DNA of 64,000 nucleotides from an uncultured Bacteroidales bacterium. Its GTDB lineage: Bacteria; Bacteroidota; Bacteroidia; Bacteroidales; WCHB1-69. Position numbers and translations under genes: made by a program. The stretch lies in NCBI GenBank assembly GCA_900315245.1, contig OMYJ01000002.1, positions 57,864-121,863 on the forward strand, given 5' to 3'. The number at the start of each line of letters is the position of its first letter. Position 1 is the stretch's first letter. The notes beneath the pieces were generated by a model that saw only the letters and a program-made list of their open reading frames with translations, made no database searches and was not told the origin of the DNA. Below are positions 37,238 through 45,192 of the stretch, piece by piece.

Positions 37238-37855
37238 ATGAGAAAAGCATTGTCAGTGACGGACATCTGCCGGAAGAGCTACGAGACGTTCCCCTTCGAG
37301 GGGGCGTGGCTGGAGGCTTTCGGCTGCCCGGAGCGCGTGGGCACGTGGATAGTGTGGGGGCAGTCGGGCAGCGGCAAGAGCACCTTTGCGGTGCAGCTGT
37401 GCCGCGAGCTGAGCCGCTTCGGCAAGGTGCTGTACGACAGTCTGGAGGAGGGCACCTCGCTGACGTTCCGCAACAAGATCGCACAGCTGCAAGATGTGGA
37501 GCGCGGCCGCTTCCAGGTGGTGAGCGAACCGATGGAGGCACTGAAGGAACGGCTGGCCAAACGGCGCAGCGCGGACTTCGTGATCATCGACAGTTTCCAG
37601 TACACCGGCTTGGATTACCGCAGCTATCTGGCACTGAAACAGACACTGGCCAGCAAGTTGCTGATCCTCATCTCGCACGCCGACGGCAAACTGCCCAGCG
37701 GACGCGCCGCCAAGAGCGTGATGTACGATGCCTCGCTGAAGATATGGGTGGAAGGCTACCGCGCCTACAGCAAAGGCCGCTTCATCGGCGAGAACGGCGG
37801 AGTATATACCATCTGGGAAGAGGGGTCGCAGATCATTGGCTTGAATAATCGATAA
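37238..37855 (+). CDS. RecA-fold P-loop ATPase (Sak4/KaiC-like core), function unknown
   Basis: WGQSGSGKSTFA (Walker A) and FVIIDSFQ (Walker B); 205 aa. Confidence 0.6.
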   Translation: MRKALSVTDICRKSYETFPFEGAWLEAFGCPERVGTWIVWGQSGSGKSTFAVQLCRELSRFGKVLYDSLEEGTSLTFRNKIAQLQDVERGRFQVVSEPMEALKERLAKRRSADFVIIDSFQYTGLDYRSYLALKQTLASKLLILISHADGKLPSGRAAKSVMYDASLKIWVEGYRAYSKGRFIGENGGVYTIWEEGSQIIGLNNR

Positions 37856-37889
37856 TTCACTTAAATAATCACCAAAAATCCCAACAATT

Positions 37890-38078
37890 ATGAGTACAAC
37901 AGTTTATTATCCGAGAGTTAGGAACATCAGTTTCTACGACAACAACGGCGTGGTGTGCGGCGGCATGTACGGCCTCGTCGCCAAGGAGAAGTTCATCCGG
38001 CTGCTGAAGTCCGGGAAGTTCCCGCGAATCAGCCTTCGCAAGAAGGTGCAGGTGATGCTGAGAGGAGGTGCGAGATGA
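37890..38078 (+). CDS. hypothetical early protein
   Basis: 62-aa ORF with an ATGA overlap with the next gene. Confidence 0.45.
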   Translation: MSTTVYYPRVRNISFYDNNGVVCGGMYGLVAKEKFIRLLKSGKFPRISLRKKVQVMLRGGAR

Positions 38079-38581
38079 AAACCGCGACCCCGAATCTGAG
38101 AACCACGGAGCAGAACCGGCGGCTGTGGTGGCTGGCCGGGCAACTGGGTCTCGACAAAGAGGCGATGGCCGATGTGGTGCTGGAGTTCACCGAGGGCCGC
38201 ACCTGCCACACCTCGGAGCTCACCTTCCTGGAGTGCCGCGAGCTGACGGAGTTCCTGCAGGGCACGCTCATCGGGCACGACCGGCGCGACAGCCGTGCGG
38301 AGCGCACCGACCAGAAGCGTGACGGCGACCCCGACCGCGTGAAGCTGGACCGCCAGCGCAAGGGCGTGATCCGCGCCATCTACCGCTGGCTGGAGCTGAG
38401 AGGCGTGACCAACGCGAGCATGGACTACGTGAAGGCCATCGCCTGCCGTGCCGCCAAGGCCGACAGCTTCAACCGCATCTCCCCGGACGCGCTCACCCGC
38501 GTGTATGCGGAGTTCTGCCACAAGCAGGAGTCCCTGTCGGCAATGCGGAATGTGGAATTGGGAATTGCAATGCAAAATTAG
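38075..38581 (+). CDS. GemA (Mu gp16)/DUF1018-like regulatory protein
   Basis: Start at MKTATPNLRTTEQNRRLWWLAGQLGL. Pattern ...R.L..L...LG........ and C-terminal ...YVKAIACRAAKADSFNRISPDAL.RVY, as in DUF1018. Confidence 0.5.
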   Translation: MKTATPNLRTTEQNRRLWWLAGQLGLDKEAMADVVLEFTEGRTCHTSELTFLECRELTEFLQGTLIGHDRRDSRAERTDQKRDGDPDRVKLDRQRKGVIRAIYRWLELRGVTNASMDYVKAIACRAAKADSFNRISPDALTRVYAEFCHKQESLSAMRNVELGIAMQN

Positions 38582-38586
38582 GAGTT

Positions 38587-39027
38587 ATGGAACAAGGTAT
38601 AATAAAGGAGTTTATTCGTGTCAACCATTTGGACGCACCCGATTATGCTCTACGAGGCTATTTTGATGTTCTGACAGTCAAACAGCCATACGCTTCCATG
38701 TTGGTCTCAGGTGTGAAGAAGTTCGAATGCAGAAACTATCGTCTCCCTGAAAAATTTGTAAGTGAGCCAATTCTTATCCACGCAGGAGCAAATCCGTTGG
38801 CTGTCAAAGTCGAAGTGAATGAAGGGGTATATAACTACTTCCTTAATCGAGCAAAAAATGAGAATCTGTTTGGCTGTATTTTGGGCGTTGTAGTGTTTGG
38901 CGAAACTGAATTGTCCCCATGCCCAACATTCTACCAATACAGATGGCCGGTACGGGAATATTTACAATTTACAGAGCCCATCCGCGACATTCGAGGCCAG
39001 CAGGGCATTTGGAAATTAGTACTTTAA
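38587..39027 (+). CDS. ASCH (PUA-like) domain protein
   Basis: LTVKQPYASMLVSGVKKFECRNYRLP...ILIHAG. GC content is lower than in the flanking phage genes. Confidence 0.65.
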   Translation: MEQGIIKEFIRVNHLDAPDYALRGYFDVLTVKQPYASMLVSGVKKFECRNYRLPEKFVSEPILIHAGANPLAVKVEVNEGVYNYFLNRAKNENLFGCILGVVVFGETELSPCPTFYQYRWPVREYLQFTEPIRDIRGQQGIWKLVL

Positions 39028-39051
39028 TCACCAATTAAAACCCAAAGAATT

Positions 39052-39315
39052 ATGGCAGAAAAACGCTATTTATTTAAGCATAGGCTTTCGCAAAAGAGCA
39101 GCTTTGTACGGATTGCCGAGGCCGTTCGAGCACTCGGATACGAACTGAGAACCGAAAAAAGAGGGGTGACCATAACATGGGAAGAACTAAGTGTCAGTGA
39201 CCCCGGCAAGACTGTCTTTCGTTCTCAAGGATTAATAGATGAAAGAGTGCCGGAATGGCTCAACGAGCAGCTTGAAGGAAAGGGGCTCCTTAGACCCATG
39301 GAACCAGAAATTTAA
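39052..39315 (+). CDS. hypothetical protein (cassette flanked by identical 20-nt leaders)
   Basis: 87-aa ORF. ttaaaacccaaagaattatg occurs at 39035-39054 and again at 39323-39342. Confidence 0.5.
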   Translation: MAEKRYLFKHRLSQKSSFVRIAEAVRALGYELRTEKRGVTITWEELSVSDPGKTVFRSQGLIDERVPEWLNEQLEGKGLLRPMEPEI

Positions 39316-39339
39316 TTTAATCTTAAAACCCAAAGAATT

Positions 39340-39798
39340 ATGACAAGAAATGAATTTGACGCGCAGATGCAGCGTCTGAAGTTAGAGTACACAAGGAAAA
39401 GTAATAACATCAACCGCCGGAAGGATGAGGCGGCAAGGGACAAGAGGATGCACCTGATGGCTCTCAGGACGAAACACGACCGGGAGCATCGGGTGGAGAT
39501 GGACAAACTTGCCGAGCTCATGCGGGCGAAAGCCGCCCTTTTTGACGGCGACCCGAAACGCGACCAGCTTGCTATGGAAATCAGGATTGCGGAGAAACGC
39601 ATGTCGATGATGAGGAACGAATATCAAGCGGAGTGCCGCTGTGTCATTGACGACACCTACACACTGCGCACCATCCTCGACGATGAGGCCCGTGCGCTGA
39701 CGGAGTGGTACGAGAGCGAGAAGACAAAGGTGTTTGACGCATTCGAGGCTGTCAAGGAAGACAACCCGGACAACCAGGACAACACACCGCTTCAATAA
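39340..39798 (+). CDS. hypothetical coiled-coil protein
   Basis: 152 aa, charged and helical, with GC3-rich codon usage. Confidence 0.55.
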   Translation: MTRNEFDAQMQRLKLEYTRKSNNINRRKDEAARDKRMHLMALRTKHDREHRVEMDKLAELMRAKAALFDGDPKRDQLAMEIRIAEKRMSMMRNEYQAECRCVIDDTYTLRTILDDEARALTEWYESEKTKVFDAFEAVKEDNPDNQDNTPLQ

Positions 39799-39831
39799 CC
39801 AATAACCCATAACCCATAACCTTTAAGAAAA

Positions 39832-40350
39832 ATGGCAAAGAAAAGAGAAAAGAAGACCGTTTACAGCGGCATCACATCGGAACAGATGGAACAGGCATTC
39901 GCCGATTATGCGAAGGCGGACGCGAGACAACAGAAAATCACCGCCGAGATGGACATCCAGATGGCCAAGATCCGCGAGAAGTGGCAGGACGAGCTGACGA
40001 AGCTGGCCGAGACGAAAGACAATGCTTTCGACATCCTGCAGGCCTACGCCTTGGAGAACCGCGACGAGCTGTTCAGCAAGCGCAAGAGCTTGGAGACCAC
40101 CCACGGCACCCTCGGCTTCCGCACCGGCACCCCGACGCTGGAGACCAGGAAGGGCTTTACCTGGGCGAGCGTGTTAGAGATGCTGAAGGAGTTCCTGCCC
40201 AACTATGTGCGCACCAAAGAGGAACCCGCCAAGGACAAGCTGCTGGCCGACCGCGAGGACGAAGAGGTGGCCGCCCTATTCCCCAAGATGGGGGTAGTTG
40301 TGGTGCAGGACGAGACGTTCTTTGTGGAACCCAAGAAGGAGGATTTGTAG
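39832..40350 (+). CDS. gam: host-nuclease inhibitor Gam (Mu Gam-like)
   Basis: 172 aa. AFADYAKADARQQKITAEMDIQMAKIREKW...L..YA..NRDELF...KS..T.HG.LGFR matches the Mu Gam pattern. Confidence 0.75.
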   Translation: MAKKREKKTVYSGITSEQMEQAFADYAKADARQQKITAEMDIQMAKIREKWQDELTKLAETKDNAFDILQAYALENRDELFSKRKSLETTHGTLGFRTGTPTLETRKGFTWASVLEMLKEFLPNYVRTKEEPAKDKLLADREDEEVAALFPKMGVVVVQDETFFVEPKKEDL

Positions 40351-40373
40351 GGGCGCGATTCATCGCGTCCGCA
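40346..40373. repeat. GC-rich hairpin, degenerate member of TGTAG...CA palindrome family
   Basis: tgtag-gggcgcgat-tca-tcgcgtcc-gca, sitting between the gam stop and the next start. Confidence 0.5.
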
Positions 40374-40392
40374 TTTTCCAAACACGATCGGT

Positions 40393-40761
40393 ATGAAGGT
40401 TTACATTGCAGGAAAAGTCAGCGATCTTCCCAGTTGGGAGGTGTTCATCAAGTTCGCCCAGGCTGAAATGTGGCTGAGGGAGAAGGGACACGAGACCGTG
40501 AACCCGCTGCGGCTGTGTTCGTCGAAATGGACATGGGAGCAGTGTATGCGCGTGTGCATCACGGAGCTGGTGAAGTGCGACGCCATCTGCCTGCTGAAGG
40601 ACTGGGGCGACAGTCCCGGCGCCGTCACCGAGCACTACGTGGCCTCGCGGCTCGGGATGCGGGTGATGGTGTTCATACCGAAAAACGGGATCTTGAGTAA
40701 CGCCGTTTGTAGAGACGTTGCGCGCAACGTCTCTACAGCGGACAAAACCGAAAGACAATGA
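40393..40761 (+). CDS. DUF4406-like (nucleoside 2-deoxyribosyltransferase-like fold) protein
   Basis: MKVYIAGKVSDL...A..L...G..V.NP...........W..CM..C...L..CDAI.LL.DW..S.GA..E. The last ~20 codons are supplied by a 30-nt palindrome. Confidence 0.6.
   Translation: MKVYIAGKVSDLPSWEVFIKFAQAEMWLREKGHETVNPLRLCSSKWTWEQCMRVCITELVKCDAICLLKDWGDSPGAVTEHYVASRLGMRVMVFIPKNGILSNAVCRDVARNVSTADKTERQ
40708..40737. repeat. perfect 30-nt palindrome TGTAGAGACGTTGCG|CGCAACGTCTCTACA
   Basis: Read directly from the sequence. It lies inside the 3' tail of ORF 40393-40761, 21 nt before the next start. Confidence 0.9.
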
Positions 40762-41168
40762 GAAAATTTGTATTGACATTTCCAGGAACCGAGGGTGACA
40801 TTGTGTTCACCTACGACGACGGCGAGGTGCTGCAGGGCGTGTCCTTCAACGGCAACTACCCGGAGGAGCAGCGGCGGAATGTGCTGCGGACGCTGCCGAT
40901 GCGCCCGGAGGTGCTTCAGCGGATCAACTGGCGCGACGGCATCCTCACCGAGGAGGCGGAGAAGGTGACGTTTGAGATGTTCTGGGACCGCTACAACGAC
41001 AAAGCCCGCAGCAGCCGGGTGAAAACCCAGCGTGTGTGGGACAGGATGCCGGAGGGAGAGCGGGTGAAGGCCTACCGCTACATCAACCGCTACAAGAGCT
41101 CCATTCCCCAGGGGGTGTGCATGAAGTACGCGACGACGTATCTGAACGACCAGCTTTGGAACAACTGA
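40758..41168 (+). CDS. hypothetical early/middle protein
   Basis: 136-aa ORF with ATGA overlap and GC3-rich codons. Confidence 0.55.
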   Translation: MRKFVLTFPGTEGDIVFTYDDGEVLQGVSFNGNYPEEQRRNVLRTLPMRPEVLQRINWRDGILTEEAEKVTFEMFWDRYNDKARSSRVKTQRVWDRMPEGERVKAYRYINRYKSSIPQGVCMKYATTYLNDQLWNN

Positions 41169-41244
41169 GCAATGCTGAATGCTGAATGCTGAATGTTGAA
41201 TATTGAATAAACAATTCACTAATCACTAATCACCAATCACAATT
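41169..41244. repeat. two tandem word repeats (ATGCTGA x4-5; AATCACT x4) running up to the ATG
   Basis: gcaatgctgaatgctgaatgctgaatgttgaatattgaataaacaattcactaatcactaatcaccaatcacaatt. Confidence 0.85.
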
Positions 41245-41601
41245 ATGAGCAAATTCAAACTTAAACTGAACCAGATGGAGATGAAGACTTTGGGGTCGTG
41301 CTGTGTGTATGCGGCGCGGAACATGGGGAGGGTGGAGTGTGTGGCCGGACTCGCCATCCTGGAGACCTGCGAGCGGCTGTGGAGCCGGATGCGGAACATG
41401 TACCGTCCGGATCGCGACAAATACACCCTCCGCCTGGGTGCGATGGAGGTGCATACACTCACCGCCACCGTGCTGCCCGCAATGCGGGACATGGACGAGC
41501 CGATTGTCCGCACCATGGGCTATGCTTTTGCCGAAGAGCTTCGCAAACAAAGCGAACGCGAGATTAACATCTACAACGCGATGCGCTATGGTGACGCTTG
41601 A
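41245..41601 (+). CDS. hypothetical protein
   Basis: 118-aa ORF whose start follows the repeat tract. Confidence 0.5.
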   Translation: MSKFKLKLNQMEMKTLGSCCVYAARNMGRVECVAGLAILETCERLWSRMRNMYRPDRDKYTLRLGAMEVHTLTATVLPAMRDMDEPIVRTMGYAFAEELRKQSEREINIYNAMRYGDA

Positions 41602-41905
41602 TCTGATATACGGCGTGATGACGAACTTCTACCACCAGACGTTCCGGCTGTCGAAGTCGCGCAGCCCGAAGGTTGCGGAGAAGAAGCAGATGTTCGCTAT
41701 GCTGGCCAGACACTACGGCCACCGAGTGGTGGACATCCGTGACTACATGGGCTGGCGCAACCACGGCAGCGTTTGCCTGGCGGTGCGCCGGATGCAGGGT
41801 TTCATCGATGTGTATCCGAAGGTGCAGCGCGAGGCCGTGGAGCTCCTCAACAAGGTGGACGAGGCCGCCGGCCAGAAGTATCTGGAATTTGATTCGGCGG
41901 TCTGA
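41588..41905 (+). CDS. DnaA domain IV-like HTH protein (candidate middle/late regulator)
   Basis: Start at MVTLDLIYGV. KKQMFAMLARHYG..VVDIRDYMGWRNHGSVCLAVRRMQGFI resembles the DnaA C-terminal DNA-binding domain (R.iamyL...S...IG....dHstV.ha). Confidence 0.5.
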   Translation: MVTLDLIYGVMTNFYHQTFRLSKSRSPKVAEKKQMFAMLARHYGHRVVDIRDYMGWRNHGSVCLAVRRMQGFIDVYPKVQREAVELLNKVDEAAGQKYLEFDSAV

Positions 41906-41934
41906 CCCGGAAAAATTATTAACAACATACGATT

Positions 41935-41960
41935 AACGCCCGCGAAATGCGGGCGTTTTT
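41935..41960 (+). terminator. strong rho-independent terminator ending the early/middle operon
   Basis: acgcccgc-gaaa-tgcgggcgt followed by T5. Confidence 0.8.
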
Positions 41961-41961
41961 G

Positions 41962-41969
41962 TATTTTTG
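41962..41969 (+). promoter_or_regulatory. -7 box within conserved TGTATTTTTGCGGC
   Basis: TATTTTTG, 20 nt upstream of ATG 41989. Confidence 0.6.
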
Positions 41970-41988
41970 CGGCGTAGAGAAAACACGT

Positions 41989-42255
41989 ATGGCACGAAAC
42001 CGATTGAATTACCTGCTGCACTGCAAGAAAGTGGTGGACATTGTGAACCAGCACTACGAGGAGGGGTGGACCACCTACGCCGCCGTGTGGCGCAGGTATG
42101 TCAATCCCGTCTATCCGATGAGCTACGCCACCTTCATCAAGATTATCAATATGCCGGGAATTGACCGCCAGATCGAGGAGGCGGAACGGCAGGCGGCCAG
42201 CGAACGCGACCGCAGGTTGGTGACTAACCGCTGCCAGCTGTCGCTGTTCGATTAG
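41989..42255 (+). CDS. hypothetical small protein with own promoter (possible regulator)
   Basis: Start at MARNRLNYLL; 88 aa. It sits between the terminator and the convergent late block. Confidence 0.5.
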   Translation: MARNRLNYLLHCKKVVDIVNQHYEEGWTTYAAVWRRYVNPVYPMSYATFIKIINMPGIDRQIEEAERQAASERDRRLVTNRCQLSLFD

Positions 42256-42260
42256 ACGCA

Positions 42261-42280
42261 GGGCGAATGATTATTCGCCC
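42261..42280. other. 8-bp GC-rich hairpin between convergent stop codons
   Basis: gggcgaat-gatt-attcgccc, followed by ctaca. There is no T-run, so this is not a canonical terminator. Confidence 0.6.
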
Positions 42281-42820
42281 CTACAGCCGTCTGATTTCCG
42301 GAATCACATTCACGTATTGTTTCTCCTGCACGATGGGAGTTCCGTCCATCCCGGTCATCGGGGTGTTGGCTGATGTGTCCGTCACCCTGCAGACGTATTC
42401 CTCCACGCTATCGACGTAGCGTTCGTGGTTGTGGTTGGGGATGGTCTGGGTGCGCATCCAGGCGTTGGAGCAGGGTGCGGTGAAATTCTGCATGGCGGCC
42501 ACCACGCTGTCCACAATGTCGAGGTATTCCAATGCTCGGTCTTCCAAGTCATCCGGTGTGTAGTCGGCGGTGAGGGCGTGCCATTCGGTGACGATGTGGA
42601 GGCGGGTGATCAGGTCGGCGTCCTGGACACGGTTGCCGAGGGTGCGCCACTTCATCGGGAGGAACTCCACGAAGACAGCGGGGGTGAGGAAGGGGGTCTC
42701 CTGCTCGATGAACTCCACCTGCTGGTTCCAGAGGTCGAAATGTTTGAAGAGAGGTTGGCCATCCGCACCGGGGATGTTCTTCAAGCGGTTCTTGATGGCT
42801 AAGTAAAGTTGTTTTTTCAT
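42281..42820 (-). CDS. virion-associated hypothetical protein (head-tail joining region by position)
   Basis: 179-aa ORF with a 4-nt overlap with the upstream gpG-like gene. Confidence 0.5.
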   Translation of the reverse strand: MKKQLYLAIKNRLKNIPGADGQPLFKHFDLWNQQVEFIEQETPFLTPAVFVEFLPMKWRTLGNRVQDADLITRLHIVTEWHALTADYTPDDLEDRALEYLDIVDSVVAAMQNFTAPCSNAWMRTQTIPNHNHERYVDSVEEYVCRVTDTSANTPMTGMDGTPIVQEKQYVNVIPEIRRL

Positions 42821-43308
42821 TGTTTGGAAATTTGTTTGAGTTTGCGTTCTATTTCGGATATGATGAGGGCGTTGAGTTCCTCGCTCTCACCCATAAACTG
42901 TCGCTTAGGCATGATGAAACCGCTTCCTCTGCCCGCCCGGAGGCCTTCGTTGTGGACACGTCCGTAGGGCTCTTTGGCAAATGCTGAAGGCGCGGTCCAG
43001 ACAACCACTTCCCCCTTGGACACATACTTGACCTCGATCGATCGGGCGAGGTCGCCAGTTTCGCCGGTGAGGATCTTGCGGGTGGTGCGTGCCGGATGGT
43101 TCCGGGCGGCCGTGCGGAACGCCGCCGTGCCCGGGGTGCGGCGTTTCACCTCCTGCCACTTCACCCGTCCCCACGCCTCGTTCTGAAAGTTCTTCTTGAA
43201 GTAGCTGACGGCGGTCTTGCCGGCAATGGTGGGGCCGTACTTGTCAAAGAGGTCTTTGAACTCGTTTTTCAGCCGGCCGATTTCCTTTCCAAATTGCTCT
43301 GGTGTCAT
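42817..43308 (-). CDS. phage virion morphogenesis protein (Mu gpG / HK97 gp10-like)
   Basis: ILTGETGDLARSI...VHNEG...PKRQFMG motif pattern; 163 aa. Confidence 0.65.
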   Translation of the reverse strand: MTPEQFGKEIGRLKNEFKDLFDKYGPTIAGKTAVSYFKKNFQNEAWGRVKWQEVKRRTPGTAAFRTAARNHPARTTRKILTGETGDLARSIEVKYVSKGEVVVWTAPSAFAKEPYGRVHNEGLRAGRGSGFIMPKRQFMGESEELNALIISEIERKLKQISKQ

Positions 43309-43397
43309 AATGATTGAATTTTTGCGCGAAAATACTATTTGTGGGGACTTCAGCTGTCGTTTGTTCGGATTATCGGTATAGCCATACCGATTTTTTG

Positions 43398-43405
43398 TAT
43401 TTTTG
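43398..43405 (+). promoter_or_regulatory. -7 box within TGTATTTTTGCGGC
   Basis: TATTTTTG, 26 nt upstream of ATG 43431. Confidence 0.6.
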
Positions 43406-43430
43406 CGGCCTGTTTAGCTTGAATGGCATT

Positions 43431-43874
43431 ATGGACGACAATCAACTGCTGGAACAGAATGAGGTGCTGAAGCAGCAGCATTCTGATCTTCAGAAAGAAT
43501 TTTGGAAAGAAAAGACAAAGTGGCTTCGTTTCCTTGTAACGACAATGTCAATCGTTCTCGGCATTCTGATTTCTGTGGGACCCGATTATAAATCTCCACT
43601 CCATATTGGGATTTGCTTTGTAATTGGAGTGTTTCTACTGACGCTGGGTATTCTGTTTCTATCAGTTTGCCTTTATTCAGGAATACACTATAAAAGCCGG
43701 GGAATTGTGTTGTTCGAAGAAGAAGCCAAAAAAGCGATTCAAGAGCGTCGTCGGGCGCAATCGGTAAAGGTTCAACCCCGAGCCATATTCTCAATCTCCG
43801 AAGTTTGCGGATACATTTGTTTCGTGTTGGCTTTACTCGCTTTATGCGCATACATGTTTTTACGCTTGTTATGA
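43431..43874 (+). CDS. AT-rich moron: 147-aa membrane protein (3-4 TM), opposite strand to surrounding late genes
   Basis: Start at MDDNQLLEQNE... Hydrophobic segments are LRFLVTTMSIVLGILISVG, IGICFVIGVFLLTLGILFLSVCLY and VCGYICFVLALLALCAYMFL. It has its own promoter. Confidence 0.6.
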   Translation: MDDNQLLEQNEVLKQQHSDLQKEFWKEKTKWLRFLVTTMSIVLGILISVGPDYKSPLHIGICFVIGVFLLTLGILFLSVCLYSGIHYKSRGIVLFEEEAKKAIQERRRAQSVKVQPRAIFSISEVCGYICFVLALLALCAYMFLRLL

Positions 43875-43989
43875 TTTTTTCTTTCATAATTTTTCGTTTT
43901 AGGTGTTTGTATATTGAAATTTTTGTATTTTTGCCGCTGGAAAGCCGAGTGTGAAAGAACCCCTTGTTCTTCTGCGGTTTTCTTTTTTT

Positions 43990-45036
43990 TTAGTAGGGTT
44001 CCGTAATTGTATAAAGGTTTAGACCTCCTGTTTTAAATTCACCTATCTTTACCTGAAACTCATAGCCATGAATACTTATTTTATACACTTTCATGGTGCT
44101 GAATAATTTTTTGCGTTGATAGAAGATACTACGGTGATTGTTGTGTGACAAATCAATCTCTTCATCTGGTAGTTGTGTAAACAGAGAAATGTATTTGTCA
44201 AAATTCAGCGCGATTTCCTGTTTGTAGAAATAAGACTTATCTGTTTTTGCTCCTTTTGTTATCTCTTGGATAGTAATATTATCTACCAAGACATTACCGA
44301 TTGAAGTATTAAAATGTAAATCAATATCGCTGTATTTTTCCCTGTTGATTTCGCGCACAGTTCTTATCACCGCTGTTCCCGTATTGTTTCCCGCCTGTTG
44401 GAAGTACGTGCAGTTCTCGCCGAAGATTTCCCCGGTTTCGGCGGGATTGCCTTCGAGGCCTTTGGCGTGGTGTGCATCTGTGGGGTTGCTGTCGGTGACG
44501 GGGTCGTCGGTCTCCTCCCAGTCGCACTTGCAATTCCATAAATTCCCAGGTTGGTTTTCGCTCCAGAACGGGTCGGACTTCGCCCATACCCGGTTGTAGA
44601 ACACCATGTGTTCCTCTCGTGGGTTTGCGCTGCGGGATGGCAGCCATTTCAGGTTCGGGTACAGCTCGTTGGCGATGGGGTCGGAGGTGAAGTCGGTCCA
44701 CTGCTTGGCGGTGCGGGCACGGGCCGTGGCGGTGTTGTACTCCGCTGCCTGGTAGCGGTTAAAGGTGTTGAGCACCGCCTTGGCCACTTTCTTGTATTCG
44801 TCATCGTCGGTCCATTTTTCCCGCTGTTTTTTCAGCTGCTCGGTGAGATGGTAGGCCTTGTATGCGGCAAAGCGGGTCACGTTGCTCTGAAGCTGTGCCT
44901 GGAGGTCGAAGTATCGGTCACCGTAGTCATCGGAGCGGAACACGCCGCCCACGGCTTTGCGCAGGTTGTCGGAGTAGGCCTTATAGACATCAGGGTGTAT
45001 GTTCCCGGCATTGCCTTCCATCACATCCCGGATCAC
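43990..45036 (-). CDS. MuF / SPP1 gp7-family minor head protein with ~170-aa C-terminal extension (annotated from GTG 45036; frame stays open and coding-like up to 45243)
   Basis: RFAAYKAY..., NRYQAAEYNTA.ARAR.AKQW, PSRSANPREEHM.FYN and the NCKC motif define the MuF core. The AT-rich tail ends ...GGLNLYTITEPY. Confidence 0.8.
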   Translation of the reverse strand: MIRDVMEGNAGNIHPDVYKAYSDNLRKAVGGVFRSDDYGDRYFDLQAQLQSNVTRFAAYKAYHLTEQLKKQREKWTDDDEYKKVAKAVLNTFNRYQAAEYNTATARARTAKQWTDFTSDPIANELYPNLKWLPSRSANPREEHMVFYNRVWAKSDPFWSENQPGNLWNCKCDWEETDDPVTDSNPTDAHHAKGLEGNPAETGEIFGENCTYFQQAGNNTGTAVIRTVREINREKYSDIDLHFNTSIGNVLVDNITIQEITKGAKTDKSYFYKQEIALNFDKYISLFTQLPDEEIDLSHNNHRSIFYQRKKLFSTMKVYKISIHGYEFQVKIGEFKTGGLNLYTITEPY

Positions 45037-45159
45037 CTTCTCGTACAGCTCCCGTTTGGAGAGGTTGTAGAGCGTGGGGAAGGAGAGCAGCGCATCAAGA
45101 GCCTCGGCCGTGCTGCCGTGGAAGTAGAGGTCGTCAAGTTCTGCCAGGGCGTTTCGGAC

Positions 45160-45192
45160 GGACAGGTCGCTGCCTGTCCTCAGAAGAAAAAA
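45160..45192 (-). promoter_or_regulatory. candidate -1 programmed ribosomal frameshift cassette at portal 3' end
   Basis: Minus strand: aaT_TTT_TTC ttc tga GGACAGG-cagcga-CCTGTCC. Heptamer at 45192-45186, 6-nt spacer, 7-bp stem at 45179-45160. The -1 frame is the MuF frame. Confidence 0.45.
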
